Origin: Promethearchaeota archaeon
GTDB lineage: Archaea > Asgardarchaeota > Odinarchaeia > Odinarchaeales > JBHLKK01
NCBI GenBank assembly: GCA_048939465.1
Contig: JBHLPL010000001.1
Span: 1-32,000 of the forward strand
DNA: 32,000 bases
Reading direction: 5' to 3'
The position numbers and the translations under genes are program-made. The stretch's first letter is position 1; each line of letters starts with the position of its first letter. Shown piece after piece: positions 10,505 through 18,763 of this stretch. Under the pieces are notes generated by a model. That model had not been told where the DNA came from. It was given only the letters and a program-made list of their open reading frames with translations, and searched no databases.

Positions 10505-10758
10505 TTTTCTAGAACCTTTTCTCAGTTTATTTTATGCTTCTGCGATTGCAACTTCCAAATAGAAGTCCTCAGCCACCATCTGCTATAGCAAACCGATTGA
10601 CTACTCGATTCAGCCATTACATTCAATTTGTATCTATATTCCCCGCGTAATAAAAAGGTTTTCCGAAAAATGTAGCTGAGCTATAGAAAACCTTATATAT
10701 CGTCGATGGATAATATAATTCTGTAGCTTAACTACACAATATCGGAGGAAGGTCTCAA

Positions 10759-11070
10759 GTGCCTTCTAATCAGTTACTAAAGATATTGGATGAACTCCGT
10801 CAACATAAGCCCACCCTCATCAACCTAGAAGAGAGTACTGTCATGTTCTCAAGATTCTGGGAGACCCTGGACGAAAACAAAGCGGAGCTTGCGAAGATTA
10901 GCTGGGCTCTTTCGAGAAGATTGATGGAGGCAATAACACAACTCATTGTTGCAATCGATGCGTATAAATTCGGGGCAATAGGCAAGAAAAAGTTACAAGA
11001 TCTATTACAAAAAACCGATATAGAAGGTATAATCATGCTGATCTTTCCTGGGCTAAAGAACCCGGTTTAG
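10759..11070 (+). CDS. Small helical hypothetical protein (103 aa)
   Basis: GTG start preceded by GGAGGAAGG and an upstream GAAAACCTTATATAT BRE/TATA-like element (about 10686-10700). No family recognised. Confidence 0.7.
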   Translation: MPSNQLLKILDELRQHKPTLINLEESTVMFSRFWETLDENKAELAKISWALSRRLMEAITQLIVAIDAYKFGAIGKKKLQDLLQKTDIEGIIMLIFPGLKNPV

Positions 11071-11127
11071 TCATCGTCGCTCTTCTCAATCTCCTCCCCC
11101 CTCAAACCTTTCCAACCCCGCCTTTTT

Positions 11128-11151
11128 GCCCTCCCGAAAGGTCGGGAGGGC
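11128..11151. terminator. 10-bp GC-rich hairpin between convergent genes (possible terminator or structural element)
   Basis: GCCCTCCCGA-AAGG-TCGGGAGGGC, preceded by TTTTT on the + strand. Lies between the 3' ends of the 10759 ORF and rpoP. Confidence 0.35.
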
Positions 11152-11272
11152 CCCCTTCCTTAATCATGAAGGCATAGCATTAGCAGGAAACTGATTAAAA
11201 TACTCAGCTATCCTCTAATCGAAAAGCGTTCTATAACGTCTCAAAATCATTTGAACCAGAAAAACAACTATT

Positions 11273-11416
11273 CTAGATTGCCTTTACCTTCTTCACTATG
11301 GGCGGGCGGGACTTATAGAGGATCCTGTGTCCACAGTGGGGGCATTTAACACCAGGCAGAGATTTCAACCCTTCAACCGTTATTTCACGCCTGCAATTTC
11401 CGCAAATATATGGCAT
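11273..11416 (-). CDS. rpoP: DNA-directed RNA polymerase subunit P (Rpo12), 47 aa, missed by the ORF track
   Basis: Hand translation gives MPYICGNCRREITVEGLKSLPGVKCPHCGHRILYKSRPPIVKKVKAI*, with a Zn ribbon CxxC...CPHCG and the RILYKxRP signature. GGAG upstream. Confidence 0.93.
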   Translation of the reverse strand: MPYICGNCRREITVEGLKSLPGVKCPHCGHRILYKSRPPIVKKVKAI

Positions 11417-11618
11417 TTCCGAGCACTCCGTTCAATCAAGAGATGGTGGTCTATTAAGCTTTTTGGTTACTCTTTCTGATGAATCCATCGCGCTCAAAAC
11501 CCTTTTGGTCCGCTCATCGATTCCCACGGTTTTTGCCATTTCGGAGTAAACTTTATATTTGTGCACAAAAACTTCTTGTTGAAGAAAAAGTAAAATGAAG
11601 ATAAAAGGGAAAGATTGT

Positions 11619-11930
11619 ATGGCAGAGGATATTTGTCCAAAATGCGGGCTACCAAAGGATCTTTGCGTCTGTGAGGAGATAGGCAAAGAGGAGCAGAGAA
11701 TAAGAATTAGAATAGAAAAAAGGAAGTGGGGTCGGGAGGTAACAATCATCGAAGGGCTTGATGATAAGGAATTAAATCTAAGTGACTTAACCTCAAGACT
11801 CAAGGCCAAGTGTGCATGCGGTGGCACTTTCAGGAAGAATCACATAGAGCTCCAGGGCGACCACAGACACAAGGCAAAGGAGCTTTTGACTGGATGGGGT
11901 TTTACAAAACAAAACATTGATGTCCAATGA
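11619..11930 (+). CDS. sui1: Translation initiation factor SUI1 (aIF1)
   Basis: ICPKCGLPKDLCVCEE...GREVTIIEG...LKAKCACGGT...IELQGDHR. The second ATG (11619) is the likely start. Confidence 0.96.
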   Translation: MAEDICPKCGLPKDLCVCEEIGKEEQRIRIRIEKRKWGREVTIIEGLDDKELNLSDLTSRLKAKCACGGTFRKNHIELQGDHRHKAKELLTGWGFTKQNIDVQ

Positions 11931-11948
11931 TTTTTTGAGTAGCGACTA

Positions 11949-12260
11949 TTGATGATTATGAAAAGAACAGATTCTTATCCGTTCAAGCGCCGAAGAGGTG
12001 AGCCAGGGAAGGTGCTGATCAATCTCTGCCCTAGGTGCAGAAGCACTAACATAAAATTACTCGATTTTACGAGTGGCTGGCTCACGCCTGTACAATATGT
12101 ATGTCACGATTGTGGCTTCCGGGGCCCTCTGGTTATTGAGGCCCAAGTCACAGAGGAAGAAGCCAAGAGATTGTCGAAAGGTGAACCTATAGAAAAAATA
12201 GAATCACTTAGGGAATTCCTTAATCTGGAGGAGGACGAAAAAGAAAATGGAAAGGATTAG
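11949..12260 (+). CDS. Small zinc-ribbon protein of unknown function
   Basis: CPRCRSTNI...GWLTPVQYVCHDCGFRGPLVIE with an acidic C-terminal tail. Follows sui1 closely. Confidence 0.8.
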   Translation: MMIMKRTDSYPFKRRRGEPGKVLINLCPRCRSTNIKLLDFTSGWLTPVQYVCHDCGFRGPLVIEAQVTEEEAKRLSKGEPIEKIESLREFLNLEEDEKENGKD

Positions 12261-12262
12261 GT

Positions 12263-13270
12263 CTAGGAAGACTCTATTGGTTCTGAATCCACGCTTAATT
12301 CGAGTTCTGACACTATCTCCTTGTATCTGTTTCTGACAGTTACTTCTGTTACTCTGGCTGCCTCGGCGATCTCTCGCTGAGTCTTTCTCTCTCCTTCCAT
12401 CATGCTGGCAATGTAGATTGCCGCGGCCGCCAAACCAGTTGGATCTTTGCCAGCCGTTATTCCCTGATCCCTTGCGCGTTTTACAATATCTACGGCCTTT
12501 CTAAGGGTCTCTCCCGATAGATTGAGTTTTGTTCCGAGCTTGGGAATAAAGTCTGTGGGACTAGCTATAGGGATATGTATTCTCAGTTCGCGTAGGAGGA
12601 GCCTATAACATCGTCCTAGTTCCTTCTTATTAATGCGTGATTGTTGAGCTATGTCGTCCAATGTGCGTGGAACTCTGCGTAATCGACAAGCTGCATAGAC
12701 CGATGCAGCTATCATGGCCTCGATTGATCTGCCTCTTATCAGTTTCTTTTCAATGGCTTTTCTGTAGAGGATGGCTGAAGCTTCTTTTACTCCTTTTGGC
12801 AGATTTATTTGACTCGACAATCGGTCAAGCTCCGACATGGCATATGCGAGGTTTCTATCGATTGAGCTGTGCACTCTTGTCCGTATTTGCCATTTTCTCA
12901 GACGGTAAACCTGTGCCTTTCGTCTGGGTGAGAGTTTCTTTCCGTATGCGTCTCTGTCTCGCCAGTCAATAACAGTGCTTAATCCCTTATCATGCACAGT
13001 ATAAGTCATAGGAGAGCCAACTCTGCTTCTCTTGGTCCTCTCTTCGGAAGAGAAAGCTCGCCACTCTGGCCCATGGTCAATTAGCTTGTCGCTTAGAACG
13101 ATACCGCATGAGCTGCAAATCAATTCGCCCCGAGTCACATCATTAATAAAATCAGAATTCTCACATTCAGGGCATGTTGGTTTTGCTGCGGGCATTGCTC
13201 CCTTTTTTTTGGTTCTGCTAGGGGTTGTCACACCAAGATTCCTCCAAGTGCGATTCCCCGCCTTCGACAC
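12263..13270 (-). CDS. tfb: Transcription initiation factor IIB (TFB)
   Basis: Zn ribbon CPEC...CSSCG, B-reader GPEWRAF, and two cyclin repeats ending AARVTEVTVRNRYKE. Confidence 0.98.
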   Translation of the reverse strand: MSKAGNRTWRNLGVTTPSRTKKKGAMPAAKPTCPECENSDFINDVTRGELICSSCGIVLSDKLIDHGPEWRAFSSEERTKRSRVGSPMTYTVHDKGLSTVIDWRDRDAYGKKLSPRRKAQVYRLRKWQIRTRVHSSIDRNLAYAMSELDRLSSQINLPKGVKEASAILYRKAIEKKLIRGRSIEAMIAASVYAACRLRRVPRTLDDIAQQSRINKKELGRCYRLLLRELRIHIPIASPTDFIPKLGTKLNLSGETLRKAVDIVKRARDQGITAGKDPTGLAAAAIYIASMMEGERKTQREIAEAARVTEVTVRNRYKEIVSELELSVDSEPIESS

Positions 13271-13479
13271 ACCGCGAATGGGTGCAGATCCTGTGTGCAG
13301 GCTCGCCGGTCCTAAATACCCTCAAACATCCTTCTGTTTCTACAGAATGCTCGGTAGTTCTATATAAGATTTGCGATATTCTAAAGATATATCTCATTTT
13401 TGGCGCCCAATCACAAAAAAAGCGTCTCAGGTTCGTGATATTCTGAAAAAAATGCTCAAAGGGATAAACGATCACAAAG

Positions 13480-14412
13480 CTAAATAGTTGTGATTTCTAT
13501 TCCATCTTCTGTCACAATTACGGTATGCTCTGATTGGGCCACTTTGCTACCTCTAATATCTGACAAAACGTAATACTTCCGCAGCAGTCCTTTGGAATTT
13601 AACTCCTTAAATCCCATTTTCAGACTTAAGGGTGGGATTCTTCTTGTGAGCCAACGCTCTGCGAATGGAAGTGTCTTGTATTCTTTTATTGCTATGCTGA
13701 TTACTTTCCTTGAACCTTCAAATCTTACTGGACTCCTTATCGGAAGAAGGCTGTAAATGTAGCAATAGTTGGTCTCATGCGCCGCACCTTTTCCTGTTGT
13801 GGCAAAGGTCTCAATGCCGTATACTTCTCCCTCCTCTATCTTGTACCCATACGGAACACTAATATTCGGCACAACTTTTCCTCCGTGAACTATGTATTGA
13901 TCAACTGTGTGTCCTGACAGATCTTTTATGGGTCTGTAACCGTATTCTTTTATTGTTTTCTCGATGATTTTTCCAATTTCGTTGGTTTTTACTCCCGGTT
14001 TGAATGCATCCAAGGCTCTTTCGAGGGATTTCTCTGTAGATTCAACGAGCGAGTCATATTCTGGATCAAAAGATACGGTGAATGCACCATCTGCAATATA
14101 TCCATCAATATGGACGCCAAAGTCCACCTTGACGACGTCCTTTTCTCCTATCCTCAATTCATCGTTATGCGGAGATGTGTAGTGGGCGGCCACATGGTTT
14201 ATCGAAACATTTGTCGGAAAAGCCGGTTTGCCTCCTTTTTCCGTGATTAGCGTTTCTATTTTCTCACACAATTCAATTACTGGCATTCCCGCCTTCACGG
14301 AGGGCTTAATTTGTTTGCGCACTTCTTTGTGTATCTCACCCGATTTTCGATATTTGTCGTATTTCTCGCTTTCCTCTTCTTCCTTCTCCGTTTCATCTTT
14401 CTCTTGGCTCAT
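13480..14412 (-). CDS. map: Methionine aminopeptidase type II
   Basis: PAFPTNVSINHVAAHYT, DFGVHIDGYIADGAFT, LSGHTVDQY, GIETFATTG and AQSEHTVIV. Confidence 0.97.
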   Translation of the reverse strand: MSQEKDETEKEEEESEKYDKYRKSGEIHKEVRKQIKPSVKAGMPVIELCEKIETLITEKGGKPAFPTNVSINHVAAHYTSPHNDELRIGEKDVVKVDFGVHIDGYIADGAFTVSFDPEYDSLVESTEKSLERALDAFKPGVKTNEIGKIIEKTIKEYGYRPIKDLSGHTVDQYIVHGGKVVPNISVPYGYKIEEGEVYGIETFATTGKGAAHETNYCYIYSLLPIRSPVRFEGSRKVISIAIKEYKTLPFAERWLTRRIPPLSLKMGFKELNSKGLLRKYYVLSDIRGSKVAQSEHTVIVTEDGIEITTI

Positions 14413-14561
14413 GCCTTTGACCAGCCTCTGTTCCTATTCCCCCAAACCGGTTTGAATACGACCTATAAGTCAATTTAGACTTATATAAGAGAATTGCTCA
14501 GAGAAACAAAAATAAAGTTTTATATTCTTAAATATTGTTCTAAATTAAATGTAAATGAGGG

Positions 14562-14942
14562 ATGAAAGTGGCTAATAGCAAGTTTGGCCAGATTGAGGAT
14601 GTTCTACGGGAAATAGAGGTAACAACGAGGCATATTGAGGCCAGCGTAGTTGTGAGCTCTCAAGGACTGCCTATCTGCTCTGCCATGCCGCGTGGCGTAG
14701 ATGATGGTACTGTTGCAGCCATGACGGCCGCAATACTCAGTATGGGCGAGCGTGCGACGGTTGAGCTGGCCAGAGGTAGACTCAACAGGATCTTAGTTGA
14801 AGGAGAGCAAGGATATTTCATTCTTACGGGGGCCGGAAAAAATGCTATTCTAGCCGTATTAACGAAACGTGAAGCAAATCTTGGAATGGTTTTTCTTGTA
14901 ATGCAACGTGCTTCTGACAAAATCAAGGGTTTGCTGGATTAA
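14562..14942 (+). CDS. Roadblock/LC7-domain protein
   Basis: IEASVVVSSQGLPI...VAAMTAAILSMGERATVELARGRLNRILVEGEQGYFILTGAG...LAVLT is typical of the roadblock/MglB family. Confidence 0.94.
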   Translation: MKVANSKFGQIEDVLREIEVTTRHIEASVVVSSQGLPICSAMPRGVDDGTVAAMTAAILSMGERATVELARGRLNRILVEGEQGYFILTGAGKNAILAVLTKREANLGMVFLVMQRASDKIKGLLD

Positions 14943-15049
14943 TTTTAGGGAGGTATTTGCTGGCTCAGATCCCCCATCGCATGATCATCCATTTTACTGT
15001 CAATGCTATGAAATCTTCACCGCCGATAGATCTATTCATGCTTGCATAA

Positions 15050-15313
15050 GTGAAATGCCCCCCGCTTTCGCAAGGTGCTTCCCCCCTCTGCCTTATGCAG
15101 CTGAGAGCACTTCGGCTTCCTAGAGGGGAAGTTTCTGTTTTCCAGAGTTGACGGGTACACAGGAAAGCTTTCTCCTTCGGGCTGGTTCACTCCGTGCTGT
15201 GCCACAGACACAAGGCAGCCCTGTCAAGCAGGATATACCCACAAGACCTGCACCCCTAGACCGAGTCTCACACCTACGCCGTTGTCAACCTTCCTCTTAC
15301 GAGTATCTTACCC
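15050..15313 (-). ncRNA. Putative ~265-nt structured RNA (omega/reRNA-like scaffold) inside element A
   Basis: Internal TTTAAAT TATA box at 15336-15342. Helices covary with the copy in element B. The transcription start is inferred. Confidence 0.55.
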
Positions 15314-15396
15314 AAACCTTAATTACCAGAAAGTCATTTAAACGTACCGCGATTCATCTCCACCCTCTCGGATGGACTCTTCCTGTGGAGAAAAGG
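15050..15396 (-). mobile_element. Element A: non-autonomous IS200/IS605-derived (PATE/MITE-like) element, 347 bp, no coding capacity
   Basis: Minus strand: TTTAT target (15397-15401), left-end hairpin CCATCC-GAGA-GGGTGG-AGATGAATCGC, and right-end GAAGCACCTTGC-GAAA-GCGGGGGGCATTTCAC. Collinear with 22502-22852. Confidence 0.82.
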
Positions 15397-15446
15397 ATAA
15401 ATCTTGCTTCAATAAAGCAGTTTCATGGGCTATGAGACGGAGTCGA

Positions 15447-16076
15447 ATGGTAATGTCTTACTTAATTAGTTTTGAAGGCATCGATGGTTCAGGCACAGAA
15501 ACATGGTCTAAATATACACGCAGTCTTTTGCAGAAATCGGGATACGAAGTAAGTCTTTTCAGATATCCTGACTATGACAGTCTATGGGGTAAAATAATTA
15601 GATTATTCCTTGATAAAGAAGTGGACCTCTCAACTGAGGTTCAGTTCCTAACTTTCGCAACCGATATAATCAAAGACGTATCAAGGATTAGAGAAGAACT
15701 CCAAGCAGGCCATTTTGTTGTTACAGATCGATACATAATCTCTACGGTAGCGTACCAATGTGCGAAGGGTTTTCCAATGGAAATCGCACAAAGGTTTGTT
15801 GAGTTATTCGATGTTCCAGAACCTGACCTGACAATTCTTCTTGTAATATCCGGAGAAGAAAGCACAAAAAGGAAGAAGTCTGAGAGAGGGCTGTTAGATC
15901 GACACGAAGAGAACACAGAGTATCTTAATGCAGTAAATCGATATTATCAAAATCTCTATGATCAAAATTACCTTTCGAAGAAATGGGTCATCATTGATTC
16001 ATCGGGTTCAAAGGAAAAAACAAGAAAGGACGTACAACAAACATTAATAAACGCGTTTGACTTACCATTTAAATAA
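15447..16076 (+). CDS. tmk: Thymidylate kinase-family protein with an atypical P-loop
   Basis: LISFEGIDGSGTET, VVTDRYIISTVAYQ and VPEPDLTILL. ATG at 15447 follows GGAG; the longer ORF-track start runs into element A. Confidence 0.88.
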   Translation: MVMSYLISFEGIDGSGTETWSKYTRSLLQKSGYEVSLFRYPDYDSLWGKIIRLFLDKEVDLSTEVQFLTFATDIIKDVSRIREELQAGHFVVTDRYIISTVAYQCAKGFPMEIAQRFVELFDVPEPDLTILLVISGEESTKRKKSERGLLDRHEENTEYLNAVNRYYQNLYDQNYLSKKWVIIDSSGSKEKTRKDVQQTLINAFDLPFK

Positions 16077-16094
16077 GTCGGGGGATCGGAACTG

Positions 16095-16886
16095 ATGGGT
16101 ATTTCAAGTGAAAATGGCTTTTACGTCTCGGAGAAAAGGAAGCTTGATCTCGGCAGCTTGGTTGATCCTATTTGCATCCAAGGGATGCCGGGTATAGCTC
16201 TAGTTGGAAAAGTTGCGGTAGAGCATATCATAGAGGAGCTGAATGCTGTAAAGGTCCTAGAAATATTTTTTTATGATTTGCCCCCTCAGGTATTAATCGT
16301 TGACGGTACAATGAATCTGTCAAAGACTGAACTGTACTTTTGGAAGGATGAGAATCAAAAGCACGACCTGTTCTTACTAACCGGAGATGCGCAACCCACC
16401 TCACACACGGGTGCGAACCTATTATCCGATCTAACCGGAAAGTACTTGGCCAATCATAACATAGGTTTCCTAATGGCACTGGCGGCCTCGGCCGTTCAGA
16501 TTCCCGTTAATGAACCTAACATATATGTATCCGCCTCGTCTTCCGAAGTACTGCATAATCTGAAGAATCTACCTCGGATTCATCCATTCAAGGGCGGTAT
16601 AATTACAGGTATGAATGGAATGCTGCCTGCCTATATGAAGAGGCTGTTCGGAATAGAAAGCTGTGTCCTCCTAGTTGAAGCTTGTCGGTACCTCGAAAGA
16701 GACCTGAACGCATCCAAGTTTCTAGTCGAAACCGTGAATAGTTATTTTGATATTGATATCAGCGTAGCGCATCTTGAGGAAAGAATAAACAAGGAAAAGA
16801 AAGGGCTGAAGCCTGACTATGGGATAGAAAGAATTCCTAGAAAATCCCCAGAGGAAAGGCCTGACTATCCAAGTTATATCGGCTAA
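16095..16886 (+). CDS. PAC2-family protein (proteasome assembly chaperone-like)
   Basis: GMPGIALVGKVAVEHII, LFLLTGDAQP, ITGMNGMLP and CVLLVE. Confidence 0.9.
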   Translation: MGISSENGFYVSEKRKLDLGSLVDPICIQGMPGIALVGKVAVEHIIEELNAVKVLEIFFYDLPPQVLIVDGTMNLSKTELYFWKDENQKHDLFLLTGDAQPTSHTGANLLSDLTGKYLANHNIGFLMALAASAVQIPVNEPNIYVSASSSEVLHNLKNLPRIHPFKGGIITGMNGMLPAYMKRLFGIESCVLLVEACRYLERDLNASKFLVETVNSYFDIDISVAHLEERINKEKKGLKPDYGIERIPRKSPEERPDYPSYIG

Positions 16887-16929
16887 TATTCTTTCAGATC
16901 TCGGTTTTTGGAGTATTTTGACCATAATG

Positions 16930-16957
16930 TTTATAAGTAGGTATTCTACTAAGTAGA
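16930..16957 (+). promoter_or_regulatory. TATA box plus palindromic candidate operator of the padR-hsp20 operon
   Basis: TTTATAA at 16930-16936, followed by TCTACT-A-AGTAGA at 16945-16957. Confidence 0.45.
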
Positions 16958-16995
16958 GTGATAATACGTAGAATGAAATAATATATCGTTGATAT

Positions 16996-17601
16996 GTGAT
17001 GAAAATGTTTTGGCACGGACGTGGACTTGGAAGAGGCATCTGGCATAAGAAAAGAATATCTCCAGTGGAATTTCTGATGCTGGTAATGTTGAAAGAAAAA
17101 CCCAGATACGGCTACGAGATTATTCAAGAACTGGATGATAAGTTCAAAGGTCAATGGACTCCAAAGACAGGAACGGTGTATCCTGCCCTTCAAAGGCTAG
17201 AAAAACGTGATCTGATTAGCGGAGCGCTTGAAGAAAGCGAATCAGGACCGTCTAGGAAGATATATAGTTTAACCTCTGAAGGTGAGGGGATATTGAGCAC
17301 AATTGCAGATAATTTTGACCGAGAGATAAAATTCCTGAACACGTATGTGGGAATAGTCGATCCCTTTCTCTCTTCATGGAGTGCAGACTACGCCATACGC
17401 CGTCTCAAAGGAGCTATTAAAGCAAATACCAATAGGGTGATCAGACTGTCGAAGTCTTTCCTTAAGATACCTTTTGAAGATTTGGAAAAGCACCTTACAG
17501 AGTACCGGAACTTCCTGCAGTCTCAGATTGAAAAAGTAGAAGATGAGCTACAGAAAATCGAGAAAAAAAGACGGAAATACGTAAAAATTGATGTCGAATA
17601 G
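16996..17601 (+). CDS. PadR-family transcriptional regulator with a long helical C-terminal region
   Basis: LVMLKEKPRYGYEIIQEL...WTPKTGTVYPALQRLEKRDLI...RKIYSLTSEGE. Confidence 0.94.
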   Translation: MMKMFWHGRGLGRGIWHKKRISPVEFLMLVMLKEKPRYGYEIIQELDDKFKGQWTPKTGTVYPALQRLEKRDLISGALEESESGPSRKIYSLTSEGEGILSTIADNFDREIKFLNTYVGIVDPFLSSWSADYAIRRLKGAIKANTNRVIRLSKSFLKIPFEDLEKHLTEYRNFLQSQIEKVEDELQKIEKKRRKYVKIDVE

Positions 17602-17609
17602 GAGGTGTT

Positions 17610-17981
17610 ATGATGAATCACGGAATAGGATCGTTCCTACACAAGATGATGAAATCCAGACATCACTGGAAGCGTCTCTTACCTTTTAGGCCGATAGGGT
17701 TGCTCAATGAAGCAGATCAGATAACAGTCCAAATAGATATTCCCGGGTTTAACAAGGAAGATATAGACATTAGAGCTGGGGAAGATGAGCTAGTGATTGA
17801 GGCCGAAGCCAAAATTGAGATAGAAAAACCAATCATGGAGAAGAGTAAGAGAAGGTTCTATGATGTAATTCAGCTTCCAGCTTTCGTCAAAACTGAGGAG
17901 GCGAAAGCCAGGTACGAAAAAGGTGTTTTAACCATAACTCTTCCAAAAAGAGAACCTCAGAAAAAGATAGATGTGGAATAA
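17610..17981 (+). CDS. hsp20: Small heat shock protein (Hsp20 / alpha-crystallin domain)
   Basis: VQIDIPGFNKEDIDI...AKARYEKGVLTITLPK with a C-terminal IXI/V motif (KIDVE). GGAGGTG RBS. Confidence 0.93.
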   Translation: MMNHGIGSFLHKMMKSRHHWKRLLPFRPIGLLNEADQITVQIDIPGFNKEDIDIRAGEDELVIEAEAKIEIEKPIMEKSKRRFYDVIQLPAFVKTEEAKARYEKGVLTITLPKREPQKKIDVE

Positions 17982-17995
17982 TATTTTGACAGTCT

Positions 17996-18763
17996 TCACT
18001 TCTCCCCTTTTTTTGCCTGTTTTATGCCTCGAATTATCTCGTTAAGGGTTCCCCCTTTGTCTTTTAATACAGTGTTCTCTACGAAAGTCCCCTGAACTAT
18101 CATGCTGGCACCGGCCTTGGCAGCGGAAACCGCTTCTGACATTGTATTGATTCCCCCGCCTACGATTATCTGAATATCTATGGTCTTTGAAACGGCTGAA
18201 ATCATATCCGGCGGCACCATAGCCTCAACTCCCGAGCCACCTTCCAAGTATACAAGTTTAAACCCCATGTATTGGGCCGCCAAAGCGTAGCCCGCTGCAA
18301 TAAGTGGTTTATTGCGGGGTATAAGGCGTGCTCCACTAACATAACCCGCAGTACCTCCTGGCTCAACTATAAGATATGCCATCGGTATGGCTTCTATACC
18401 AAGCTTCTTCACTATGGGCGCAGCTAAAGCTTGGGCCCCCACTACCCAATAGGGATGGCTTGCATTAAAGACACTCATGAAGAATACTGCATCTGCATGT
18501 TTACTAATTCCTGTAATATTTCCCGGGAAGAGGATTACTGGAACCTCGGTTTGGTCTTTTATGGCAGCTACTGTCTCATCGACCTCCAGACTCGTTGAAC
18601 CGCCTACCATGATCGCATCGCTTCCGGCTTTAACAGCCAAACGAGCCAGCTGCCCCGCCTGCGCAGGTGTTTGATGGGCAGGATCAGGATCTATCAATGT
18701 GAGGTGGACAACTCCTTCCTCATTGACAATCTTGCTTAAATAGTCCCATACTCTATTACCCAC
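17996..18763 (-). CDS. Geranylgeranylglyceryl phosphate synthase (archaeal lipid backbone)
   Basis: HLTLIDPD, DAIMVGGS, PVILFPG, VYLEGGSG and IIVGGGI. Confidence 0.96.
   Translation of the reverse strand: MGNRVWDYLSKIVNEEGVVHLTLIDPDPAHQTPAQAGQLARLAVKAGSDAIMVGGSTSLEVDETVAAIKDQTEVPVILFPGNITGISKHADAVFFMSVFNASHPYWVVGAQALAAPIVKKLGIEAIPMAYLIVEPGGTAGYVSGARLIPRNKPLIAAGYALAAQYMGFKLVYLEGGSGVEAMVPPDMISAVSKTIDIQIIVGGGINTMSEAVSAAKAGASMIVQGTFVENTVLKDKGGTLNEIIRGIKQAKKGEK

Noticed and set aside
10505-10680. TGCTATAGCA palindrome (10581-10590) and TTGACTACTC resembling words in element D; also short ORFs (31 and 15 aa)
   Set aside because: The words are in the wrong order for a right end and there is no terminal hairpin. 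The ORFs are too short and lack an RBS.
15148-15435. 95-aa ORF in element A, and the 92/96-aa ORFs in element B (22473-22778)
   Set aside because: They are not conserved in frame between copies and have no TnpB zinc-finger/DRDxNA or TnpA HUH motif. Conservation is at the RNA-structure level.
15372-15446. N-terminal extension of tmk in the ORF track
   Set aside because: It starts inside the left end of element A; the RBS supports ATG 15447.
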